From contig OZ241963.1 in the NCBI GenBank assembly GCA_965204115.1, forward strand, positions 10,632-74,631: a stretch of 64,000 nucleotides of DNA, in the 5' to 3' direction. The DNA comes from Minisyncoccota bacterium (GTDB lineage: Bacteria; Patescibacteriota; Minisyncoccia; Phycocordibacterales; JABAAK01). The translations under genes were made by a program, and so were the position numbers. Below are positions 9,253 to 21,600 of this stretch, one piece after another. A model generated the notes under the pieces. It was not told the origin of the DNA, made no database searches, and saw only the letters and a list, made by a program, of their open reading frames with translations. Within the stretch, counting starts at the first letter, position 1. Every line of letters begins with the position of its first letter.

Positions 9253-11529
9253 ATGTTCATTATACAAAAAGCAAGATACATCGTGTTTGCGGTGCTTGCT
9301 GTATTATTCATTACTTCTCTTGGATTTATCGCTGTGTCTGCGGAGACGACGATGGAAGAGGAGCTGTCTGTGTCGCCGGAGTCGACATCTACGTCGGTGC
9401 CTGGTGGTGAAGAAGCTGCTGGCGAGGTTGGTCCGGTCGGAGTTACGAATGAGCTTGAAGTTGCCCGTGATGTGATGTGGGATGCTCTCCTGAACGATGC
9501 TGATGACTCGCTTTCTGTTGCCCTGCATGGTGTGCATGTTCTGCTTTCCGGTGTTGTTGAGCTTGACGGAAAGCGGGTCTTGTATGTCGGTGTTGATGAG
9601 GAGGACTATACGGATGACGCAAAGATGACCGCATTGAAGAAGGAGGTGGAAAAGCGTTTCCCTAATGTGCCGGTGTATATTCACGCAACTGAAGGAGTGA
9701 AGTATCAACAGAGCAAAGAGCCGTTGTTCTTTAGGTCTGAGCCGAAAAAGGCAATTCCTGATAATACGGACACGCAGTCAGTGTCTAGTTTGATTACTAT
9801 TCCTTCTCGTTCTGGTGCCTTGAGTACGCAGGTCATTAGTGATATTCAGGTTTCTGTGGATGTTACGCACAACTACATCAGTGATCTTAAGATCGATCTT
9901 GTTGCTCCAAATGGTACTGTTGTCGTTCTGCACGACAATGTGGGTGGTAATGCAAAGAATATCAACAGGACATACGATACTCATTTGGACGGATTGATTG
10001 GCACGACTATGAGTGGGAACTGGAGATTGCGAGTTGGTGACTATAATTGGAGTAATACCGGAACATTGAATGCCTGGAATATCCGGGTGGAGACACGGGA
10101 TCGCGGACAAACAAGTGCTTCTTCCACGGTTATCTTCTCTGATGATTTCTCAGGTGGTCTCGTCAAGTGGACTTCGCGAGTGGGTCACAATGATACCGGT
10201 TGGAGGGCAATGCCACACACCGAAGGTGATGTTATTTACGGTTTTGGTGCGGGTAATATTGTTGCAGAGGCAGAAGAGTGTGATTCTATCTGTGTGATTA
10301 CGACTTCTGCGCCTATTGACCTCACGGCACACAATCAGGCATATCTTTCGTTCAACCGTTGGGTGGATACTGCGCTTGATTTGAATGAGTACTTGAAGGT
10401 TGAGGTGAGTAACGACGGTGGTGTTACCTATCGTCAGCTTGATAAATGGGATAGTGCGAGTGGGGACAACGATGACAAATGGCATCGCGAGTCGTATACC
10501 CTAACTGCTGCTGATCTTCGTGCTACTGACTTCAAGATTCGGTTTGTGACCAGACAGAGTTCTTCAGCTGAACAAACGGCAATAGATAATGTACTGCTTT
10601 CTTCTGATTCTACTGAAACGATAGCGCCGATAATGCCGGGCGATGATTGCTTTACCATCGGAAGTCGTTCTACAGATGGCTCTGTGATGGGAGGTGACCG
10701 GGTCTTTAACCGAGTTCCTGGAGATGACGCTGCTGGCTTTGGTTGTAGTACGCTGACTTTGGGAGGGGTTGAGACCGTGGGTGGAAAGAAAGGTTTTGTA
10801 ATGTCAGCGCATGCTGTTGATCGTGAGAATCTGGAACAAACCGGCGGACTTGTTGCTGCCTCGCTTAAGGGTTCTACATTTAGCAAGTATTTGGGAAGAG
10901 TTGATCGTATGCCGTTTGTCTGGAAGGATAATGTGACTGGTGGCAGCGAAAAGGAGTCAGTTATTCTTGCCGATGCGGCGTTTGTGGAGTATCCTTACAG
11001 CAATGTCTGCTCTCGGTTGATTGCAGAAAAGTCTGGAGTTGGTGTGGTTGCTCAGAAGGTTCAGAACCTGTGTTTCCAGTATGAGTACATAGATCGGGTG
11101 CAGTCAAAGAAGATTCGTGGAGATAAGGAGATATACAGTGTTGTCGGTTCTGAGGTTGTTGAGATTGGTGATCGTGTCCGTATTTCTGGTGCAGTTCAAG
11201 GCGAACTTGCGGGAAGCACTACTGCGAAGGGATCAGTTGCGGGTGAGTTGCTGTATTCTGACAAGGTGAGTGGTGCACATAGTTATGTGTTCCTGTATAC
11301 CGGATCTTTGATGCAGGATGGGGACAGTGGCGCCCCTGTGTATACCGAGCCCAATGCGGAGAACGAGGTTGAGATTGTCGGACTTCATATTGGCTCAATG
11401 AAGCACCCTAGTCGGGAGTTTGTTTTTGGTGTGTTTAGTTCGTGGAGAGATGTGCAGGGAACGCTCGGCTTGCGTCCGCTTGGTTCTGATGGTACTGAAG
11501 AATACGATGATGCTGAGGACGAAGAGTAG
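9253..11529 (+). CDS. secreted protein with a proprotein-convertase P-domain followed by a trypsin-like (GDSGAP) serine peptidase domain
   Basis: The track ORF starts at 9112. I prefer ATG 9253 (MFIIQKARYIVFAVLAVLFITSLGFIAVSA). The P-domain-like block is ISDIQVSVDVTHNYISDLKIDLVAPNGTVVVLHDN...WRLRVGDYNW. The C-terminal motif DGDSGAPVY is the chymotrypsin-fold active-site serine motif, and SAHAVD is a candidate His. Confidence 0.65.
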   Translation: MFIIQKARYIVFAVLAVLFITSLGFIAVSAETTMEEELSVSPESTSTSVPGGEEAAGEVGPVGVTNELEVARDVMWDALLNDADDSLSVALHGVHVLLSGVVELDGKRVLYVGVDEEDYTDDAKMTALKKEVEKRFPNVPVYIHATEGVKYQQSKEPLFFRSEPKKAIPDNTDTQSVSSLITIPSRSGALSTQVISDIQVSVDVTHNYISDLKIDLVAPNGTVVVLHDNVGGNAKNINRTYDTHLDGLIGTTMSGNWRLRVGDYNWSNTGTLNAWNIRVETRDRGQTSASSTVIFSDDFSGGLVKWTSRVGHNDTGWRAMPHTEGDVIYGFGAGNIVAEAEECDSICVITTSAPIDLTAHNQAYLSFNRWVDTALDLNEYLKVEVSNDGGVTYRQLDKWDSASGDNDDKWHRESYTLTAADLRATDFKIRFVTRQSSSAEQTAIDNVLLSSDSTETIAPIMPGDDCFTIGSRSTDGSVMGGDRVFNRVPGDDAAGFGCSTLTLGGVETVGGKKGFVMSAHAVDRENLEQTGGLVAASLKGSTFSKYLGRVDRMPFVWKDNVTGGSEKESVILADAAFVEYPYSNVCSRLIAEKSGVGVVAQKVQNLCFQYEYIDRVQSKKIRGDKEIYSVVGSEVVEIGDRVRISGAVQGELAGSTTAKGSVAGELLYSDKVSGAHSYVFLYTGSLMQDGDSGAPVYTEPNAENEVEIVGLHIGSMKHPSREFVFGVFSSWRDVQGTLGLRPLGSDGTEEYDDAEDEE

Positions 11530-11561
11530 TGGTTTGTTGTTGAGTTGAGCTTAGCGCAAAA

Positions 11562-11595
11562 ACACCTCTGCAGTAGTGCAGAGGTGTTTTGCTTT
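11562..11595. terminator. bidirectional intrinsic terminator between convergent genes
   Basis: Perfect 11-bp stem acacctctgca / tgcagaggtgt with loop gtag, followed by ttttgctttgggtgtgttttt. Minus sense also has an A/T run. Confidence 0.6.
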
Positions 11596-11723
11596 GGGTG
11601 TGTTTTTCCACCATCTTGTCTATTGACATTGAGTTTAAAATGGGGTATATTGATGGTAAATGGACGGGGGGATGTTCCTGGTCGGCGTTATGGTCTCGGT
11701 GTGTAACCGAGGTCTTTCGCTTT

Positions 11724-12446
11724 TTATGGAAAACATTTCAACCCGCATCCCTTGACAATACCTTTGGTATTTCGGTGAAATTTTGTCTCAATAATGTCGT
11801 ATGCACGATTGCTTTGATTGGGGCGCAATTGCTTTATACCGATTGGGCGAGCAATAACATCAGCAAGTTGTAGTCCAGTTGAATTTGTTTTTTTGTCAGC
11901 AAACACCATCTCAAAATTTGCTCCGATACCGTCTTTTGTCTGATGAAATGCAATTTCTAAATCACGGTCCTCTGCTTTACCACGACACTCAAAGATTAGG
12001 TGAGTGTGTTTTCTTTCCTGCATCTTACTTTTCAAAAACATCTGAAGGCGCTCCATACAAAAACGCAATGCCAGTGGGTACGGATTTGCTGGGTTGCTGT
12101 ACTTTTCTTTATGTTGCGTTTTGTTGATCACGGTGGCAATGACTGTCATTGGCACTTCTCTCATACAATTGTTGAGATCATTCAGAAAAATCTCTCGTCG
12201 TTCTATGTTTTGCAAAAAAGCAAACGGCGGTTCCTGTTTTCTGATACTGCGCTCGTGTAACACGACATTGTCGTGGCCAAAGTGTCTGAACTTAAACTGT
12301 TGAATCTTTGGTACAACAGTGTGTATATATTCATTTTTTTGAAAAATACAAAAAACTAGCACAAAAACAGGGTAGTCCGGATTGTTATTTAGCAGGCAGT
12401 GATCGCCGCTCTCGTCAATGTACACAATATATTCGCTGTACTCCAT
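11724..12446 (-). CDS. DUF3800 domain protein
   Basis: N-terminal YIDESGD motif (MEYSEYIVYIDESGDH) is characteristic of DUF3800. 240 aa. Confidence 0.6.
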   Translation of the reverse strand: MEYSEYIVYIDESGDHCLLNNNPDYPVFVLVFCIFQKNEYIHTVVPKIQQFKFRHFGHDNVVLHERSIRKQEPPFAFLQNIERREIFLNDLNNCMREVPMTVIATVINKTQHKEKYSNPANPYPLALRFCMERLQMFLKSKMQERKHTHLIFECRGKAEDRDLEIAFHQTKDGIGANFEMVFADKKTNSTGLQLADVIARPIGIKQLRPNQSNRAYDIIETKFHRNTKGIVKGCGLKCFP

Positions 12447-12454
12447 ATCTTGCA

Positions 12455-12472
12455 GTGTGCCAAGTGTGCCAA
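12455..12472. promoter_or_regulatory. tandem direct 9-mer gtgtgccaa x2 immediately upstream of the DUF3800 gene start; candidate operator or promoter element
   Basis: Read directly: agtgtgccaagtgtgccaaa, 9-26 nt from the minus-strand ATG at 12446. Confidence 0.25.
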
Positions 12473-12629
12473 ATCATTTTATATTTTGCAAGTCGGTGGG
12501 GTGAGGTTGTTGATTCGTAGGTGGAGGTGTTTTGCTTTGTGTTTTTCCACAGGGTTTGTGGGGTGGTTGTTTTGTGCGGGGGATTTGCGGTATACTATCG
12601 GTGTTATTCATATACAAATATTTTTAGGT

Positions 12630-15600
12630 ATGTTCTTTGGTAAACAATTGTTGGATTTTTTGCTGCATAGTCGTCGGGCTGGTGCGGTTGACGGTGCTGT
12701 GGGGAGTGTTCGTGCTGTGGGGGTAGATTTGTGGCGGTCGTTGGTGCCTTTGGTGCTGGTGTCGTTTGTGGCACTGCTGTCGCTGTTTGTGTTTGCAGGG
12801 CAGGCGAGTGCGGCGGTAGCAAAGCCGAGTGCCATTGCCCTGACCACACCGAGTAGTTCACCGGGGAATGATACCACTCCTACCTTCACGGTGACGGTGA
12901 GTGAAACCGGAGGAACAGTTACCTTGTATTCAGATAGTGGCTGTACCACTTCCAACGCTATTTCGTCGGCAACCAGTGTTACTGATACTGATTCGCCGTT
13001 TACCGTGGCAGTTACCGCCAACACGCTTTCGGCGGGTACCTATACCGTCTATGCGAAACATACCGAAGGTGGTGAGGACTCTCCTTGTTCTACTGAAACC
13101 GCCTCTTATGTGCTTGACACTACCGCGCCGACGGTTGATACGACTGATACGAAGTATTACTCTTCTGTTAGCGTTGACAACTCAGGTCAAAGTCCGACCT
13201 ATGTGGTTACTTTTTCAAATGCGAATGCGCTTGGTGCTGACTCTATAAGGGTAACTGATCAGTATATTCATGCCAGAGTGAAGTTCTCGGAGGATGTAAA
13301 AGGTGCTATTACAAACACCCCAGGTACCGACCGACCGTCAATATGGCGTGTTATTGGGAGTGCAGAGACACAGTTTGAGGTGGAGGGGCAACTTGCCGCT
13401 GGCCTTGAGGATCCTGCTGATACTATTGGTGCTTGTGCGCCGGCTGATGGAGAGAATACCCCTTTTGTCACTGATGATTGGATTTGTACATATAGAGTTA
13501 AGTCAACAGACCTCGGTAAGTTTAAGATTCGGGTGAAGACCACCACCACTGATGCCGCTGGTAATGCGCTTGCGCAGCAGTATGACCACGGTACTACTAT
13601 CCAGCTGAACAAGCCTGCTGCGCCTAGTGCTATAGTCCCCACAAGCGACACCGGCTCAAGCACCAGTGACAAAATCACCAAAGAGCTCACCAAGGTGAAG
13701 GTAACCTTGCCGACGAGTGCGTCTCCTACCACCTCAAGCACCCTGCAGATATTTACCTACACCCCAGCGAGCGATGGTTCGTGTGCTACACCGACCGGTT
13801 CAAACGATGGTTGGACGAGCAGAGGGACTACCACAGGAGCGACTGCGACAGGAGGTAGCCCGAACTATGTTACCAGCACCAGAGTGTGGACGAGTAACAC
13901 TTTCACTCAGCCGTCAGAAGGCAAGTACTGTTTCACTGCACAGTACGACATAGACGGCTCCGGCACCAGTAATGTTGCCTCTTCCTACGCCGCCGGTATG
14001 CTTATGGAGCTGGACACCACTGCGCCGACTGTTACTGCGGCTGACACTAAATACTACTCCAGCAGTACGCTGACGACGGAAAATGAGCTTGCCAGTGGCT
14101 CGTACCGCAAGCAAGGGCAAGATATCTACACCAGGGTGAAGTTTTCAGAGAATGTGTCTAACACCACTGCTAATGATACTACCGCCCGCCCCTCTATCTG
14201 GTACCTCATTGGCAGCAATGAGACCCAGTACGACATTGTGGCGCATAGTGCCACCCTTGCAGATGGCGACTGTAAGGCAAAGAGTAGTACCGACACCAGT
14301 GAGTACACCTGTCTGTACACCACCACCTCAAATGTAAACGGTGCGTTCAAGGTACGCGTGAAGACCGACACGAAGGATGTTGCTGGCACGGCACTTGGCA
14401 CGCAGTATGACCATGGCAGTACTATCACCCTTGACACCACCGCACCCACCGTTACCTCGGCGGATACTAAATACTATTCCAACAGCAACCTGTCAACAGA
14501 ACTCACCAACGGCTCATACCGTAAGTCGGGGGAGAGTGTGTACACCAAGGTGAAGTTTTCAGAAAATGTTGCTAATACCGATGCCAACGACACCACCGCC
14601 CGCCCCTCTATCTGGTACCTCATCGGCAGCAACGAGACCCAGTACGACATCGTGGCACACGATGCCACGCTCGCAGATGGCGACTGTAAGGCAAAGAGCA
14701 GCACCGACACCAATGAGTACACCTGTCTCTACACCACTGCCTCCAATGTAAACGGTGCGTTCAAGGTACGGATAAAGACCGATACGCAAGACCGCGCCGC
14801 CAACGCACTCAGCACACAGTATGACCATAGCAACACCATCACCCTTGACACCACCGCACCAACCGTTACCGGCACCATTGCCACTGCCAATGAAAACACC
14901 GTGAACAGTGTGAAGTACCTCAACGCAAACGACACCATCACCCTGACCTTAACCCTCACCGAGAACATCCAAGCAACCAACCCCATCGTGCAGTTTAAGA
15001 ACGGCGCCAACAACCTCGGTACCCCTATCACCACCACCGGCTCCGGCACCACCAGAGAAGCGGTCTTCACCGTTGCCTCCGGACAGAATGTCAGCAACGG
15101 CAACCTGAAGTGGGACATCACCAATGAATCATCCGTCCTTGACAACGCCGGCAACGCTCTTGTCGCAGTCGCAGCACAAGACATCAGCAACACCGTCATA
15201 GACACCACCCCACCACTTGCTCCTACCAACCTTGACCTCGCCACCGCAGACGACTCCTGTGCTGACTTTGACGGCACAACAGGATGTGACTTTGGTAGTA
15301 ACACGGATAATCGTACCAGCACCACCACCGGCTTGTCTATCTCATACAGTGGGGAAGAGCATGCCACCGTACAGCTCAGTAAATCCAAAGACGGCGGCAG
15401 TGCTGCAGAGGTCGGTACTCGTTCAAGCGCACTCGCCTCATCCGGAGCAGGGACCACTGACATCGCCCTTTCAGACGGTGACGGTGTCTATACTGTTACC
15501 GCGAAGCAAACCGACCGAGCACTGAACATCTCCCCTGCATCAGCCGCTCTTGACATCACCATAGACACCACCGCACCCACTGCACCTCCTACCCCAGACC

Positions 15601-18600
15601 TTCAAGCAGCCAGCGACACCGGTGTCTCCAGTACCGACAACCTCACCAAAGATGCGACTGTTAACTTTGACCTCGGTAGCCATACCAACACAGAAGAGTG
15701 TCGGTATGTCTACGAAGGCAGTAATGTTACCGGACAATCTACCTATGCGTGTGTAGCAGCAGCCGACGATGCCTACACCAACACCACCGAGAGAGAAGAA
15801 TCATTCAAGACCAGAGCATACGATGCCGCCGGTAACCACGCCGACTCCGCAACCGCACTCAAGGTACGCTTTGACCGCTCCATCACCGAGGCACTCATAG
15901 ACCTCAAAGCCACCAGCGACTCCGGGTACTCAACCACCGACAACATCACCAATGTGACCGAGCCAACCGTCGCCCTCTCCCAGTTAGAGAGTAGTGCAGA
16001 CCCAACCACCGGCACTGGTAAAGCACAGGTAACCATAAACCTCTGGGTTGACGGTGATATTGATACTGTTGTAGACAAAACTGAACTCACCCAAGTAGGT
16101 GCCATAGCCAATGTCTCAAGCACCACCCAAGACCTCCAACTCTCCGCCCTCACCGAAGATATACACAAACTCGTGGCCGTACACACCGATGATGCAGGGA
16201 ACGAAGCAATCACCGCTGTCTCTAAACTCGCCTACAACCCGGCAGACGGCACCAAAGGCAGCAATGTCATCATCGTAGACACCACCGCACCGGAAGCACC
16301 AAGCAAACCAGACCTCTCCCCAAACCGTGACACCTACGGTGCAAACGCCAACCCCTCCCGAGACGGTACCAACGCAGACGATGTCACCTACCACCAAGAC
16401 CTCCTCTTCTTTACTGAGGCATCCAAACGAAACGACGGAGACAGCCAAGACCTCACCCAAGCAGCTCTCATCAGAGAACAACACCACCTCTTGGCGTATG
16501 AGCTCACCGCAGCCGACTCATCAACCGCAACCGCAACCTCCATCACCGGACAGAACATCAGCGGTACTACCCACAGTAACCCAACCAACACCGCAGCCAG
16601 AACCATCACCTCACAACAAAACTACCACTCCCAAACCGTTGCAGGACAACAACACACCCATCGATTCGCCGGAGCCACCCCAGACACCGAAAACCAATAC
16701 CACATCGCTACCAAACAGGTAGACGCAGCAGGGAACACCTCTGACTACGGACCAACCCTCTCCCTCAAAATAGACCGCAAAGCACCAAACGAAGCCCCCG
16801 GAGAACTCATCCTCCACTTTGACTCTGACACCGGTATCTCTATGACCGACCGCAGAACCGCCAACACCACCCCCGTCTTCATCACCGAGTTCCCCAGAAC
16901 ACGACAACTGGAAGGAGAAAACACCGACACCGACTACCAAGTAGACTACTACGAACTCTGGCGTGCAGGCCTGGACAGCAACTACGAAACAGAAGGTGCT
17001 TTCGCCTACCCCTCAGATTCAACCCAAAACCACCAAGCATCCTTCGGACTCATCCCCGACACCGAAGACGCCACCGACCAACTCAGTGACACCACCTCAT
17101 CTAACCCCCTCCTCGATGTCTACGAAGACGGTATCTCCGTACGCATCATCCAACAGAACATCCCCCAGTACAACAAACACTACTCCTACAAGATGGTATC
17201 CGTCGACCTCGCCGGTAACACCACCCTCGGTGTTGATGAATCCAACCCCGAGATACTCGTTCCCCCACCAACCCCTTCTGACCCTGACCTTGCCACCGCA
17301 TCAGACACCGGCTCAAGCACCTCAGACAACCTCACCAAAAACACCACCCTCACCCTCACCACCTCCTACCGCAACACCTCCACCGCAGAACAACAAGGAC
17401 AAGCCGCACAAAACCTCAGAACCCTTGAACTCACCATCACCCCACCGAACAACGGCGACCCCCAAACCCTCCTCTTCTCCCGACCCGCAGATCACAACGA
17501 CGGTGACGGCTTTGACATCCCCACCGGAGAACGCAGAGATGCAGAGGGTGTCCCCGACCCCACCCACACCACCTTCACCGCCACCTACTCCTTCTCCACC
17601 GCAGTAGACCTCACCCAGGTATTCGGTGACGACCTCCAAGACGGCACCTACACCCTCTCCTTCCTCGGTATCAACAGCCAAGGTGAACGCGGTCTCCCTT
17701 CCAACGAACTCACTGTTACGCTTGATACCACCCCACCTGCATTCGGTGATAACCTTACCCTTACTTCAACGAGAGTTTACGAACAAAGCTCAGGCGCCAA
17801 CACCAAACACCGCTTTGAGATCGCTGCCACCCCAGACACCGAAGAAGGCACCGTCGTAACCTTCCACTACGGTACCACCAACACCGCTGTCCTGACCGTT
17901 ACCAACAACATCGGTCGCACCGCAAGTAACGCCTCCTTCGCGGAAGTAGCTATTACCACCCACTCACTCGCTGAGGACTACACCGACTACGAAGTATCCC
18001 TCATAGACGCAGCAGGGAACAGTGTCCCACGCTTTGCCTACCCCGACAATGCTAAAGCACCCCGTTTCCTCTCATTTGACACCGGAGAAACCAACACCTA
18101 CATCCTCAGTGCCTACCCCCGCAACGACGGCACCATCACCGAACCCTACAGCGCAACCACTGCCTCCGGTGGTACCTGTCAGACTACCACTACCTCCACC
18201 ACCTACACCCCACGAAGCAAGGTGACCGTCGCCTCAGCCACCACTGATGCCTGTGCCGTAGCCGTGGACTCCTACGGCAACCGAACCATCGTCAACATCA
18301 GCGCAGAGAAAACTGACCTCATCACCGCCGCCGGTATCCACCCCGACGACGACAGCACCGAGCAAGGAGACAACCTCACCAACAACCCAAACCCCCGCTA
18401 CCACGGAACCACCATCCCCGGTGCCAGTGTTCGCTTTCAAACCAAACGCAGTGCCGACGACTGGACTGATGCCTACGAGCAGACCGTCACTGCCGAAGAC
18501 GACGGCTCCTTCACCATCCCCCGAATACTGAGTACTCCTGCCGGTGGACAACGAGAGTCGATCTTTACGACGACGGTGACGACTGGGGATGCGACAGGAG

Positions 18601-21600
18601 ATGCTGATCCAGTGCATGGCTACTTTAGCGTTGAGAGATCTAATGTTGGCAGCATTGTTGCAAGGCAAGCAGGATCTGCAAGTCAAACATCGTTTACCCA
18701 TAATGGTTTTTCTCTTGAATTAAAGGGTGTGGGATTTAGAGATACTGCTGGTAGTAGCGATTATTTTGGTTTTTGTGTTGTAGCAGATAACTCGAAACTT
18801 AGCATTGCCGGATTAAATAATGTTAAACTTTTCAAGGTGTTTCCTGACCCGCTCTCTATCGTTTTCCGCGATAGTGATCACACCATCACTTTGCCGCTTG
18901 TTCGTGATGCTTTAAATTCAGATTTTACTGTCAATGCAGCCCTGTTTGGAATAGATCTTGCTGGGGAGGAGGATCCCTGCCTTGTTTTCTTCTCTGGAGG
19001 ATCATCGTCACTGACGAGTAGCATAGCCCTCCTCCGCCAGCACTTCTTCACCAACGAAGGGACGACCTTCACCTTCTCCATAGAGCCCATGGCAAGCGGG
19101 ATGAAGACCTCGGTAGATGTGCGTGCCTACCTCACCCACACCGATGTCCTCGGTGCCGCAGAACTCACCACGCCAATAGACCTCTCACCGCTGACCCTTG
19201 ATGTTACTCCACCTGCTATCTCGGCCGCTCTGAAAGAGCCGACTTCCTCTCCTGCTGCTGACACCACCCCAACCCTCACCATCACCGCCGAGGAGAGCGC
19301 CACCGTCGGCCTCTACAGCGACGCACAGTGTTCAGTGCAAGTGGGCTCATCTGCAACTGTCGCAGCAGGCGAGAGCACCGCTGACCTCACCACCGCAGCA
19401 CTCACCGACGGCGAGTATGCATTCTACGCACAGGGAACAGATGTCGCCGGCAACCCTGCCTGCACCCAAAGCGCACTGGACTACACCCTGGACACCGTTG
19501 CTCCTGATGTGACCGTCATTCAAGTCGGCACCGGAGACACCGCACAGTATGTCGCCACCGCAGCAGACGCAACCACCACCACCGCACGCCACAAAGACAC
19601 CACTCCCAGTGCTGTCTGCACCGTGACTGCCGGACTTGAGACCGACGGCACCCTTTCTTCAGGATGGACTGCCTACACCGGCACCCTGGTTAAATCAAAC
19701 GGAGACAATGCCGGCAGTATCTCCGGCAGTGGCGGTATGTGTATCATCTTCACCGATGCAGCAGGGAACAGCACCGCACAACACATTGTTGACGGCGGCA
19801 CCTACACCAACAGTATCGGCGGCTTCACCATCTCAGACGACACCGGTGTTCTCAGCGACGACTTCATCACCAACAATCCTTCACAAACCCTCTCTGCCGT
19901 TACCGTCCCCGGCTCCGAAGGATCACTCATCCTCACCAACAAAACAGATACCAACCAAGTCATCACCCTGCCGTTTACTGCGTCACACTATTCAGCAACA
20001 CAACCCTCCCGTTTCTCCGTCTCTACCACCATCCCGGAAGGCACCTACACCGTCACCGCAGAGGTGACCATAGACGGCACCCCCGTTACTGCTATCCCCC
20101 TCCAAGACCCACTCATTGTGGACACCACTGCTCCGTCTGCCCCTGAAACCGCCAACCCCTACAGCTTGACTTCCTCAAATGATACTTTTAAAGTGGACGG
20201 TGTAGTGCGCGCAGGGTTTACTTATGTGAGCGCTTCAATTGGTGTTGCGTCTGCGCCGTACTCTGTTGGCTCTACTACCCAGCACTTCCTCACGCTCTTT
20301 GGTACTGACTATCCGTGTACTTACAGCACTTCTCAAGCCAACTCCGGTGTAAATGAGAGTGATACTTTTACCTGTTCTATCAATTACACGGTTGATGCCA
20401 CCACTCCACAGGGAGTAGCGGCTCTTACGATGCGAGGAGAAGATGTTGCGGGGAATGCGTACTCCTTTACCATTTCGGATGACGATGCTGTTGTCTACAC
20501 CGTAGACACCCTCGCCCCCGAGTACACCGTCACCGCCTCAAAGACCGCAGCAAAGCCGGGAGACACTGTTACTGTTACCGTAGATGCAGACGACCTCCAC
20601 GATGTACTCCTCAACGGCTCTGCCGTGAGTGATGACAACCAAATGCGGGTATCCTTTGCAGGAGAGCAGTTCTCTCTCAGCACCCTCCCCGGCTCCTTTG
20701 ACTACACCGTACCGACAGATGCCCTGGACGGACAACGCACTATCTCACTCCCCCAGATAACCGACCGTGTGGGTAACGCAGCAGCACCAACGCCACAAGG
20801 CGTACTCTTCGTAGACACCAAGACCCCGAGTGTCTCTCGGTACTTGTTTAGCAACTCCGGCACCACCCTCTCTGTATCCGCACAGGTAGCACGCAACAAC
20901 CACTCCTCTATGCCGGGAGAAGAAGGCGTAACCCTCTCCTTCACCGGCTCCTGCTCCTCCTTCCCAGCCTCACCCGTATTCACCGCATCAGCACAAGCAG
21001 CACCAGAACGCTACGCCTACAGTATCCGTATCCCCCGAGGCACCTACACCGCTGACACCTGCTCCCTCATTGCAAGAGACGCCGTCGGTAACCAATCTGA
21101 CCCAACCCTCACCACCATCCCCCTCACCATCACCGCATCACGATCAGGTGGCGGCAGTAGCGGCGGCGGTGGCGGTGTCGGCGTCATCAAATACAATGTC
21201 TCCCGCGGTGGCCCTCCACTCCCCGAACAAGTCGGTATCCCCCTCCCCCCTGAACCCCGTGCAGAAGAGGTATCCGCTGCAATTCAGTCAACCCTCACCC
21301 GTAACCTCACCATCGGCTCACAAGGCAACGATGTCCAACAACTCCAACGCTACCTTAACAACAACACCTGCCCTGTAGCACAGACAGGAGCCGGCTCCCC
21401 GGGACAAGAGTCCACCTACTTCGGACAAAAAACCCAACAAGCCGTCATCTGCTACCAACAAAAACACTCCATCACCCCACCCCAAGGGTATGTCGGTCCC
21501 AAGACCAGAGCACACATCAACGCCCGCATCAGCCCGCACCCAGCAGCACCCCAAGGCATCCCCCTTACCATTGACTCCACACTCCCACCCCAGACCAAGG

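Noticed and set aside
12399-12629. 5-prime extension of the giant ORF starting at GTG 12399
   Set aside because: It overlaps the divergently transcribed DUF3800 gene (start 12446) and its promoter region. Its translation is not signal-peptide-like. The in-frame ATG 12630 gives a proper N-terminus.
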